A model generated the notes under the pieces. It saw nothing but the letters and a program-made list of their open reading frames with translations, searched no databases and was not told the origin of the DNA. Source: Camelus ferus (Eukaryota). Taken from it: a DNA stretch of 64,000 bases. Every line of letters starts with the position of its first letter. Within the stretch, counting starts at the first letter, position 1. The stretch is taken from contig NC_045698.1 in the NCBI RefSeq assembly GCF_009834535.1, positions 994,001 through 1,058,000 of the forward strand, in the 5' to 3' direction. The position numbers and the translations under genes are program-made. Shown piece by piece: positions 51,201 through 60,990 of this stretch.

Positions 51201-52394
51201 CCCCTGGGTCTTGCCGTGGACACAGTGTAGAGCTGAACACGTGGCTTCAGGTGACCCGGCGGGACTATTTTGCTGCAGGAACTCACACACCTACCAAGTG
51301 TTTAGCAGAGCGTGTGATGCAAAACGGATAAATCAGTGGAGTCCAAAGCCTGACTCACTGACCAGAGAAGACCCCTTTCTTCTATCGCGAATGTCATGTT
51401 AGGTGATTAAACCAATAGAAGTGCTAAGTGAAAAACTGTGGCTTCGTTTTAGGATAGGTGATTACACATTATTATTATTACTACAGAAAGAACCATTGTG
51501 TCTTCAGGCAGAAATCGGAGGAGAAAGCCACGCTCTAGACGTCCCGAGAGCCAGCGGACGGGCTGCCAGGGCTTCTGCACAGTAACCCCTATTATGTTGG
51601 GTAAAACCGCACCCCGGTGTCAGGAAAAGCACGCATCACTTTCTGAGGAGAAGGCGATGAATCTTTCATGATGCCAGCCAGGTGAGGAATCTGCCTGAGC
51701 CCCGCACGTGGGGGCTGCCTGGCTGGACCCCTGAGGCGCGCCGGGGCCAGCTTCCTGACAGCTCTTCCTGCGTATCCACACAGCCAAAGTCAATTTCTCA
51801 TGCAATGCAAAACAGCTCCCTTTGTTCTGTAAATGTCTCATTTTTTTTCCCTGTGTTTTTTAAAACAGAAAAATGACAAGTAGGAACTTGGAGGAAAAAA
51901 AAAAACAAAAACCTGACCTCTAATTGGAAGTCATAACCACTGATTACAAAATGGGACAAAACGCCTCATGAATGAAAAAGGGAAAGAAAAATATTCATAT
52001 AGATGCAAAAAAATGCCCTAAATCAAAAGTAACGCTTGCAATAGCTTATACCAACTTGCTGAGGAAATCGGGGCAGGACCGCGTGGGGACAGAATGGGGG
52101 TGCCCCGCGTTTGCCAACAGGAGCCACCATCCAGACGCAGCCTCAAGTTAGGACGGTGCACAAAACCAGGGCAGGCACGGGAGCTACAGGGCCTTGCTTG
52201 TAGATTCAAGGACGAAACCAAAGGGTGGTTCAGGAGCTGAGGGTCGTGCCCGATTCCTAGGAGAGAAACTGGCTCTGGGGTCCGAGAGACAGACAACACC
52301 GCAGCCTCGGGCGGCGTGCGTTTTGAACAATTCAAATATATCATCTATGAACGAGAATTTAAATGAAATTTGTTTAAAAAAATTCGATACCACT

Positions 52395-52580
52395 TGCAGT
52401 GCATTGAACAGCACCTCCCCCCCAAGTGTATGTCTACTCAGACTCTGAGAACGTGACCTCTTCTAGAAGCAGGGTCTCTGCGGATGTGATTAGGGATCTT
52501 GAGGTGAGGTCATCCCGCTTTCCAATGCTTTCACTTGCCAAGTCTGATCACTTGTTACAGCAGCGCCAGGGGAGTGGTCT
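52395..52580 (+). mobile_element. MLT1C-like LTR with internal deletion
   Basis: gaacgtgacctcttctagaagcagggtctctgcggatgtgattagggatcttgaggtgaggtcatcc joined to an LTR 3' end (acttgttacagcagcgccagggga). Confidence 0.65.
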
Positions 52581-53318
52581 CGCCCTCCCGTAAGAGCAGT
52601 TAGTGAAATACGTTAACTTCTTCCTTATTTTCCATCTTAAACGTGTACCCACTTGGCGTGCACGAGGGAGGGCTCTTTCTAAAGCCAGTCGGCACGTAAC
52701 GCAAGAGAATAAAATACGATTCTACTCCTGTCCACCCTGCCACGCAGGAGGAAGGCGCACAGCCACCCGGAGCTGCTGTGTCAGAGCAAGGATTTCTCAC
52801 TGAAAACACAACCCTGATGTTTCTCTCTCATTCTTCCCAAAGAATAAATTCTTCCTTACGATGAGAAAACTGATTCAATGAGTTCTTAAGGCTTTAAATG
52901 TTAAATTTAGGGAAAGTTCATCTTTTCAAGATCTAAATTTTGCAGCAACAACCAGAAGTCAAGAACGGCCTGGGTGACGGGGGGAGGAAGGATGGGGTCC
53001 TTCTCAGGAAAGCATCCAGAGGTCGGAGGAAGGTCTCAAACAGCCTGCCTGGTGCGATCTGATTCGAAAGCGTGTTCAGTCGGGTGGGGAGGGAAGTGCC
53101 TGCTGGGGGGTGAGGCGGGGGTGTGAGGTTCTCTTTAAATCTTCTTTGTGTTTATTTACATTCTTCTTTTTAATGAATATGTGTTCAAAGGTCTTTAGAG
53201 CAGAAATGAAAACCCTAAGGCCTCGGCAGGCTGCTTGCTAAGCTGACACCACGACGTCCACTCACACACGACGTGGGCTGGGGGTCAGAGACCACTTGCC
53301 GTAGAGAGTGTTCCAGAA

Positions 53319-53482
53319 CAGGGTGGGCGAACGTCTTCTGGAAAAGGCCAGAGAGCAGAATTGTAGGTCCTCCGAGACGGCTGCTCAGCGTGCCTTGCAG
53401 GGGGAGCGCCCACCAGGAGCGTGTCCCAGTAAAACTTTATTGACAAGACAAGACAGGCTGTGGCCAGGGCTGCCCACCTCTG
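53319..53482 (+). mobile_element. MER58A-like hAT-Charlie relic
   Basis: cagggtgggcgaacgtcttctggaaaaggccagagag ... gtgtcccagtaaaactttattgacaa ... gctgcccacctctg. Imperfect terminal inverted repeats and TCTAGA-like flanks. Confidence 0.7.
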
Positions 53483-53559
53483 GCTAGACAAGCGAGAGGC
53501 AGCTGTCTTCTCCACCGCACGTTGCACGGTCAGAGCAGGGCAGGAGGGGAGAAGAGGAG

Positions 53560-54030
53560 CTACCATGTGACCCAGCAGTGCCCCTCACTCCTGGGTGTTT
53601 ACCCAAAGAAAACAAAAATACCAAAAAAACTCTGTTATATGTGGAATCTAGGGGAAAAAAACACCCCAAACTGATAGGAGAGAGTGAGCAGGCGGCGGCC
53701 AGAGGTGGAGGTGGGGGCGGGCGAAGTGGGTATAGGAGGGGTCAGAAGATAAGATACAAACTTTTAATTACAAAATAAATGCACGTCCTGGGGATGTCAT
53801 TCACCACGTGGTGACAGAAGTTAGTAACACCATAGTGCGTAATTGAAAATTGCTAGAGTAAATCTTAGAAGTTCTGATGGTAAGAAAAAAAATGCTGTAA
53901 CTGTGGGCAGTGACGGATGCGGACTAGACTTACTGTGGTGACCATCCTGTAACACACAGACACTGAATCGGTGTTGTACACCTGAAGCTGATACACTGTT
54001 ATATACATCAATTACACCTCAGGAAAAAAG
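53560..54030 (+). mobile_element. L1MA-like 3' end
   Basis: gagctaccatgtgacccagcag, atgtggaatct, gtcctggggatgtcattcaccacgtggtgac, ttgaaaattgctagagtaaatctt, tgttgtacacctgaagctgatacactgttatatacatcaattacacctca. Confidence 0.8.
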
Positions 54031-54509
54031 ACAGAAGCGTTTAAGAATGGATTATACTGGGTTCAAACATCTAGCGAGTTCTGTGGCTCATGGTCCAGTG
54101 ACCCTGCAGCCCCCAAAAAGAAAGGAGGAAGGGAACCGTGCAGATGCGGGCAGGTGCCTGCAGCCAGGTGCAGGCAGGAAGTGGCTCACTAAGCCAGCTT
54201 AAACCAGAAAGGGGAGAGGGTCCTGGTGGGGCAGGGAGCTGCAGGGTCTGAGTGCAGAGCAGGGCCTGGGTCAGTCTCTCTTCAACGAGACCTGGGAGCT
54301 GCTCCAACCGTGGGGGTGGTCCTGGCGTGGGCACCTGGGTTGGGCCCCGCACACATGGACCCTGACTGGACAGAGCCCACAGTGTTGGCAACCACGCCTG
54401 CTAAGGAAGGGGCCACGCCCCCTGCAAGGGAGAGAACTGGGGACGGGATGGGGGCCTGCCCGGGCTGGGTGTCTCTTTCCCTCTCACACTCTTACACACT
54501 CAAATTCTT

Positions 54510-55350
54510 TTCAACAAGCAGATTGTTCACAAATTTTTACGTTTTCCTCCTAGGTATCAATTATAAAAGTAAAATATAAACATAATTCCTCAAGAAAAAA
54601 ACCCAAAAACCTACAGCAAAAAATGAAGCCTTTCGCTCCATTCCCGCCCCCTCCTGCTCTCCCCTCCAGGGGCACAAATAATTGCTGTTTTGGTGTTTGT
54701 TGTCCCAGAACTTTCCTTACACTGTTACTTAAATATTTTTACTTGGAAAAACATGTGGTTAGATTCAAAAGTTTTTTACATAAATGAAAACATGCTTTGC
54801 ACACTGATGTCCGATTTTTTTACATTTAACACTAAGAAATATGACCGGCTGGCATCTGTGACAGCTGAGAGCCCTGGCGTTTGTCTGAGGCCAAGTGCCC
54901 TCCCCTCCCGGGATCATGTCATCTTTGACTTAACCTTCACCCCCTCTGGCTTTGACTAGTTTCCATTCATCTGTCAAGACAAATGCTGCTGCTGAGAGCA
55001 GCCTTCTGGATTCTTCTTTGTGGGCAAGTATTTTGCTGATAAGGCCCAGAGTGGGGTCGGGAAGGACTCGTGTTTACATGTAGAAGTCGCCCGTCTGGCC
55101 TCTGGAGGCACCACTACCAGCGGGCTACAGGAACTTCTGTTCACAGCCAGCTTTCCACCTGGGGCACATCTAATGGCAAACACTCACTTCATTTAATTTT
55201 ATTCTCATTTCCTGATTACTAGCGAGATCAACTGTAGTTCACGTGTTTGCTCGGACACCGCCTGTCCCTGTCTTTGCCCCATTTTTGTTGGCTCCTTTGA
55301 TCTTTCTTACGGATATGCAGTGCCTTTTGTACCTGAGATCTTCACCGTTT
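54510..55350 (-). mobile_element. Old L1ME-like fragments, antisense
   Basis: ttttattctcatttcctgattactag...ctgtctttgcccatttttgttgg and similar blocks. Confidence 0.5.
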
Positions 55351-55761
55351 TGTGCGGGCTGTCTGTGCATGGGTTTCCCCGCCTGTCTTGCTCTGTAGAA
55401 TGTGAGTCTCCCCTTGGCCTGAGGAGCTGGCTGAGGCCCCAAGCAGAAGGTCGCGAGATGGACAGAATGTGTCAGAACATGTGCTCAGACCTCAGACCAA
55501 ATTGAGACTGATCATTCCAGCAGAGAATGACTCAAAGCTCAGAGGCAACCCTGTGACAGGGGACATCAGGGCCCTGCATGTCACTGGCTCCAGGTCAGTC
55601 TGCAGAGTCCCTGACAGCAGTTCCACTGCCTCAGTTCACACCCACTGCACACACGTGTGTACACACACACACCACCCATGCATACACAGACACACGTGCA
55701 CAAACTCTTTTCAAGTCTCAGACCAAGGATGACAACATGTTTAACTGATACCCAAAATACC

Positions 55762-55767
55762 TTTATG
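55762..55767 (-). terminator. Candidate non-canonical polyadenylation signal (CATAAA) for MRPL36
   Basis: Plus-strand tttatg = CATAAA on minus, about 420 nt past the stop, followed on minus by U/GU-rich sequence. I saw no AATAAA between the stop and here. Confidence 0.4.
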
Positions 55768-56188
55768 TATGTATAAACAAGTTAAACTTCCCGTGACTTA
55801 AAGATTTCTAAGGGCCTTGGGACAATTGTTGGGAATAGCGTTCGAATCCCGGGGAAGCAGCGGTGTGGCTGAACGCAGAGACAGGACTGAAAGCACCACG
55901 AGGAAGGTCTCTGTGCGGAGCCTGCTCTGACGCGGCGGGATCAGGCCAGGTTTCTCTCCATCCTGTTATGCCCTCTACCCCAGCAAACACAGCTCCTACA
56001 GGAGGCAAAAGGCGCGCCCCCCAGGTGGGGCTCTGGCCTGACTGGCCCTGGGGCTGCAAGAGGTGAGGTGCCAGCGGCAGGCCAGCAGATCTGAGTCCAC
56101 AGGAGGTTTACACTTTTCCTTTCCATGAGGCGACACCACCTCCTAAGGCAGGGGCACGACTCTGCACGGGGCTTGGCAGTCCGGGGGC

Positions 56189-56464
56189 CTACATCTGTCT
56201 CTGCTTGTGCTTCGGGTTGGTCTTGCAGTAGACGAACCAGCGCCCGCGCCTCTTCACCAGGTAGCAGTCCCTGCAGCGCTTCTTGAGGACGCCCTTGGTC
56301 TTGAAGCCCAGAGCGGGCTGCAGGCCCAGCACGAGGCGGGCGGACAGGAGCGGGGCCGCAGGTGCGGCGCGCAGGGGCCCCAGCGAGAGCGAGAGGGGGC
56401 GACCGCAGAGACGGAGCAGGGGGCCAGCGGAGGAAACCACTTTCCTTAGGAGAGCAGCTGCCAT
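56189..56464 (-). CDS. MRPL36: Mitochondrial ribosomal protein bL36m, 91 aa, single coding exon
   Basis: C-terminal [38 protein letters not shown] is the L36 zinc ribbon (C-x2-C...C...H). N-terminus is Arg/Leu/Ala-rich with no acidic residues, like a presequence. Acceptor ccttcccctctcccccAG (AG at 56479-56478) lies 13 nt upstream of the ATG. Head-to-head with NDUFS6 as in other mammals. Confidence 0.97.
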   Translation of the reverse strand: MAAALLRKVVSSAGPLLRLCGRPLSLSLGPLRAAPAAPLLSARLVLGLQPALGFKTKGVLKKRCRDCYLVKRRGRWFVYCKTNPKHKQRQM

Positions 56465-56871
56465 GCTGTGGCTGGACCTGGGGGAGAGGGGAAGGCTTGT
56501 ACGGCTTCCAGCGCCTCCTGCGTCCCGTTCAGACGTCCTTTCCCCGCGTCCCTGCGCTCGGGATCACGGGCTCCGGCGCCGCGCTCGGGGTCCAGCGCGC
56601 CCCGGCCCTGCCCCCGTCCACGCGACCCCGGGGCGGCCAGTCCGCGGGGTAGGGGGCAGGGGGCAGGGGGCACGCGGTCCGGGCCGGGGCCGGGCCTGCA
56701 GAGTCACCACCAGTGAGGCCGCTGCCCACTGCGGCGACCTCGGCCCAGAGCCCACCCGGGAAACCGAAGCCAGGGATCCCCGGGACGCCCCCTCCCGGAG
56801 CCCCGAACCCCAGCCTGCCCTGCCCCCAGCCCTGGGGACCCCAGGGACAGCCCCACCTGGAAAGAACGCAC

Positions 56872-56990
56872 CCGCGCCCGCCGGCAGAGCGCCTCGCCAG
56901 CCCCTGCGCCTGCGCCCTCGCCCGGGCCTGCGCAGTGGGGCGGCGACGCTGCCGCCCGGACTGTTGCCAGGAAGCAAGATGGCGGCAGGG
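56872..56990 (-). other. MRPL36: Probable non-coding exon 1 of MRPL36 (5' end uncertain); intron 56478-56871
   Basis: Best donor on the minus strand is CGG|GTGCGT (GT at 56871-56870) inside the CpG island. A weaker alternative is GTG|GTGACT near 56707. Confidence 0.55.
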
Positions 56991-57384
56991 TCACGTGGCG
57001 GTCCCCGCCGGGCTGGGCGCAGAGGCGGAGCCGCGGGATGCTCGGGCCCGAAGGCTCTGAGTTTCTCCTCCGCAGACTGCATTCCCTTCCCAGGCCCCCA
57101 AGCCCTCCGCCCCAGACGCCCCCAGCCCTGTGGACCACCGGGAATTTTAGGTTTGGGGGTGTTCCTGGGAGGGGGGGAGGGGTGCAAAAATGAGAATTAA
57201 AGTAGGTATCTAGAATGAAAAAGAAGTCACAACCAAGTAGACGTTTTAAAAACTGATAAATAGCAACGTCAGAACAAAGTCTAGAAAAACCACATGCTTG
57301 TATTAAGTGGACATCCTGGGAGAAATGTGGCGACGCTCAGGAAAACACGTGGAAATAGGCCCTGATCCGAACCGGTTGCAATTA

Positions 57385-57580
57385 AATTTTTTTCCTCCAA
57401 CATTTTATGAAAACTGTCCAACATAGAGAAAAGTTGAAGGACATTTATGGCGAACACCCAGGTACTCACTGCCCAGATTCCATGATGATACTGCCGCACG
57501 TGCCTTTCCGCGATGGGTCCGCGTGGACACATCTACTCTCCATGCACACGAAGGTGAGCTGCAGACGGAGTTCACCTGCG
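57385..57580 (-). mobile_element. L1MC-like 3' end fragment between the two promoters
   Basis: attttatgaaaactgtccaacatagagaaaagttgaagga...gaacacccaggtactcactgcccagattc...gaaggtgagctgcagac. Related text at 58110-58190. Confidence 0.6.
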
Positions 57581-58279
57581 CGGCTCCGTGGCACTGCAAG
57601 GCGCACTGCTGACTTGGCAGAGCGCTGTGGCACCTGCCCAGGTGGTGAGCTCGGGCCTGCCTCTGAGCACCGATCTGGGGATACCTTTCCGTTCCGGGAG
57701 GTATTCTGTGCACTGTAGCCTCTCATCGCCTCGTCGGCTTCTCCACCTCCCCAGAGTCCAAGCTGTGGATGCCCTCAGCTTCTGAGGGGTGGGGTGCGTG
57801 ACCCTACCCCAGCTCTAGGACTGTCCCCTGCGCCCATCATCCTCGCCCTTGGTGGGCCTGGCCGTGTAAGCTGACCCTCCCGACGAGTCTGTGCACAGGC
57901 GGTTTGGAGGAGGCCATGAGAAGCAGGAGAGAAGCAAGGCCGGAACCCTGAGCCGAGGTCCTGCCTGTTCGTGCTCCAGAGCAGCAGGCCTTTCGGGGCT
58001 GACCTGCATGGGGATACCATTGACTGTGCCTTACTGGTAGTTGCACTGGGCTCTGCTGCAGAAACCCCAAAACAGGTCATCCCCGCGGCCACACAGAAAA
58101 GCGCACCGCGTAACATGATGTACTTCCAACTTCCTCTCTAAGCAAGGACCCTTCTTCAATATTCACCAACATTCGCTATGTAACCCCCACATGATTATCG
58201 ATTACCATCGAATGTAAGCACTGCATCTTCCGTATCCATGTTCCCTCGCCTGCCCCTGGTAAGTGGAGCAGTCACTAAG

Positions 58280-58900
58280 TGCTAACGTTGCACGCAGCTT
58301 CCCGCCTTACCCCGCCGGGCTGAGCCCCCGCCCGCCGCTGCACCTGTCCGCCGCACCTGCCTGACCGCACTGCGCCTGCGCTCCTCCCAAGGGCGAGATA
58401 AGTCCCGACCAAGCCGGCCCTGCGGAAGCCGTGCGCATGCGTCGGCGCTCGGAGCGTCGGCGCGCGGGGTCGAAGGTCAGCCGGCAATATGGCGGCGGCG
58501 GTGACCTTTCTCCGGCTGCTGGGCCGGGGTGGCGCGGCGGCGCGGAGCCTGCCCAGGGGCGCCCGGTGCTTCGGGGTGCGGACCTCACCGTCCGGGGAGA
58601 AGGTCACGCATACCGGCCAGGTAACCGCCGCGGCGCGGAGGGGCGCCCAGGTGGGCCCCCAGATCCCGCGGTCCAGTACCCTGTGTCCCTGGTCCCCCTG
58701 GTCCCCCGTGTTCCCCCGCGGTCCAGCTTCCCGGGGCCCCAGGCCCCACAGTCCCTTCCCCCAGTGCCCCTGACGCCCCAGGCCCAGCGCCCGCGGTCCA
58801 GTCTCCGGTGTCCCGCCCCGCATTGCTCCCGGCCCAGCCCCCGCAGGGGTACCGAGGGGCTCAGGCGTGCACGGCGTGTTCGCAGCTACTGTAGGGTCTG
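58280..58900 (+). promoter_or_regulatory. CpG island and NDUFS6 promoter
   Basis: TTCCCGCC (58299-58306, E2F-like), TGCGCCTGCGC (58371-58381) and TGCGCATGCG (58432-58441) NRF1-type, CGGAAG (58423-58428) ETS/GABP core, AATATGGCGGC YY1-like motif over the start codon. Confidence 0.8.
58489..58620 (+). CDS. NDUFS6: NADH:ubiquinone oxidoreductase subunit S6, coding exon 1 (44 codons)
   Basis: MAAAVTFLRLLGRGGAAARSLPRGARCFGVRTSPSGEKVTHTGQ; donor CAG|GTAACC at 58621; phase 0. Confidence 0.97.
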
Positions 58901-59440
58901 GTCCTAGAGCTTCTGCGACTGTAAAACAAGGCTGTTCCCCGGGGTAGCTCCTTGGTTACTGTGGGCAGGCTGCCGCCGGAGTCAGAAAGTGCCGATTGTA
59001 AGGGTCAAGTCTTATAATGTTTGTACAGTATTAAATACCACATTTTTACAACTCGGGGTCTGCTGTACCCTAAACTACAAAAACAGAGGTAGACGATAAT
59101 TATAACCTGAAAGATGAGACAGTGGGTTCCTACGTTGTCAAGACATCACCAGGCAGGTTCAGAGAGAAGGAAGCTCTGGGCCCTGCCTGCTTGGAGGTTG
59201 GGGTGCCCCCCTCCCCTGAGCTGCTCTCTCCTCTACTCCCCCCCCTCCCCCGCTCCTTCCGGTTCGCATTACTGCCTGTTGTCCTCTTAGGAATCCTGCT
59301 GTAAAATGCTACACTCACGCCCCACGTGTGTGATCCTGAACGGCCTAACCATTAAGAAAACACTTTTCCTGTGAGGTTTATGATTGATGTAAGATACAGA
59401 ACTGGGCAGTAAAAGTCACACACTGTCTTTTTCTTTGCAG

Positions 59441-59494
59441 GTTTATGAGGATGAAGACTACAGAAAAGTTCGATTTGTAGGTCGCCAGAAAGAG
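59441..59494 (+). CDS. NDUFS6: NDUFS6 exon 2 (54 nt, VYEDEDYRKVRFVGRQKE)
   Basis: Acceptor tctttttctttgcAG, donor GAG|GTACGT. In frame with exon 1. Too short for the ORF track. Confidence 0.97.
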
Positions 59495-60624
59495 GTACGT
59501 AAAAGATGTAAAAGAGAGGTGAGCTCATAAAACTTATGTAACCAACAAGACATGAAAACTAATATGTGGACTTTAAGTAAATTCAGGTTGTGAGCAGTTC
59601 AGGAGCTCTGGAATTCTGTGTTTCTTCTAAACGTTAAACATGTCTGTTTCTGTTTTTTTTCCCCTAAAATACGCAGCGTGACGCCCTGCAAGGATAGTTG
59701 TGGGTTGTGTATAAATGGGAGTGACCTTTTTTCCATTTCTGTGTTACACTCCTTTTAAAAATTGCTCTTCCAGTCACTTTTGGAGGTATGTTTTCTGTGG
59801 TTCACACCCCATAGATTAGACTGGCTCTTTCAGGGACTTGAATGGTCAAGCTGAAGACGGCACGGGGTGGGTCTTCCCTGAAACACCAGTGCGACTGCTG
59901 GGCGCTGGGGTCCTTCTGCCTCAGGAGCCTGCTCTCTTCCTGCTTCCTCCCCTCGTGCCTGCCAGCTCCGGAGTCTGCACCCCCTCCACCGCCCTTCTCA
60001 ACTGTCCCTGAATTGCGTCTCCCCTCTGACCTTGGTTACATCGTCCATTCCCGTGTCTGGTTACTACTTCCAGGCCCACTCTGGCTGTGGTCTGGGGCGG
60101 GGTGGGTGGCGGGAAGGAGTCTGGTGCTCTGGATGGAGCACTTCCGGCAGATGGGGTCCTGAAGCCCTGGGGCCAGCCTTGCGGCCTGGCCCCCAGCTCC
60201 CAGCTCAGCCTGTCACAAACTCCTCTCTGCTGGGAGCTCTCCCTTTGGCTTCTGGCTTCTGATTGTCCTTGCAGGGGACAATGGGGGAGCAACTTCAAAC
60301 CAAACCAACCAAACCAAACATCTAAGATCAGAGCTAGTGAGGCCAGTGACAGCTGAATGGAGGAGGCAATGCTGGTGGTGTCCCCTTGCTGTGACCATCT
60401 GCTCACTCCGGTCCTGAACTGCTGCGACCCTTGACCCCATCCCCACCCGGGGTTTCTGGGACCTTTTCCTGTGGCAGATCATGAGTGTTGGGGGACACTT
60501 GTCCGTGTTGTAAATCTTGCAGCGGGTCTGTCACGATGACTAGGCACCCTGCTCTGGCCCTTGTTTTTACAACAGAAAGTGGTGTTTCGTAGTATTTAAA
60601 ATTGTTTTTGTTTTCCAAGAGAGC

Positions 60625-60990
60625 ATTGTTTTAAAAGACCTTTAGGTATACTGACAAGTTGCACAGAGTGTGTAGTGTTCCCACGTGCCCCCCTTCCCCC
60701 CGCAGTTCCCCTGTCATGCACATCTTGCCAGAATGTGCTGCCTTTGTTAGAACTGACAGCTTTGAACGCTTGCAGACTATTGATACTTTACGACTAACTC
60801 GAGTCCATGGTTTACCCGGACTCGGGTCCCTCTCTGTGTTGCACGTTCTGTGGATTTGGCCAAATGCACAGTGCCTTGTATCTGATGTTGTGGCGTCACA
60901 CAGGGTCTTCCCCTGTGCTCCGCCTCCGCCTGCCTGTCCCTGACAGCCGCTGATCTTACTGCCCCTACAGTTCCGTGTAGTTTTAGAAAC
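60625..60990 (-). mobile_element. L1MC-like 3' end in NDUFS6 intron 2, antisense
   Basis: gttcccctgtcatgcacatcttgcc...tttgttagaactgac...gagtccatggtttac...tgttgcacgttctgtggatttggccaaatgcacagtg. Confidence 0.7.

Larger units (their letters stand above)
56170..57130. promoter_or_regulatory. CpG island and MRPL36 promoter with NRF1-like, ETS, YY1 and E-box motifs
   Basis: TGCGCCTGCGC (56905-56915), CAGGAAG (56968-56974), CAAGATGGCGGC (56975-56986, YY1 consensus), GTCACGTGG (56990-56998). Dense CpG. Confidence 0.8.

Noticed and set aside
56283..57200. 305-aa plus-strand ORF antisense to MRPL36
   Set aside because: Non-ATG start and Arg/Pro/Gly/Ala composition typical of a CpG-island frame; only its ATG-initiated tail is kept as a low-interest finding.
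58621..58773. Continuation of the 94-aa NDUFS6 ORF past codon 44
   Set aside because: Intron read-through after the CAG|GTAACC donor; the real protein continues at 59441.
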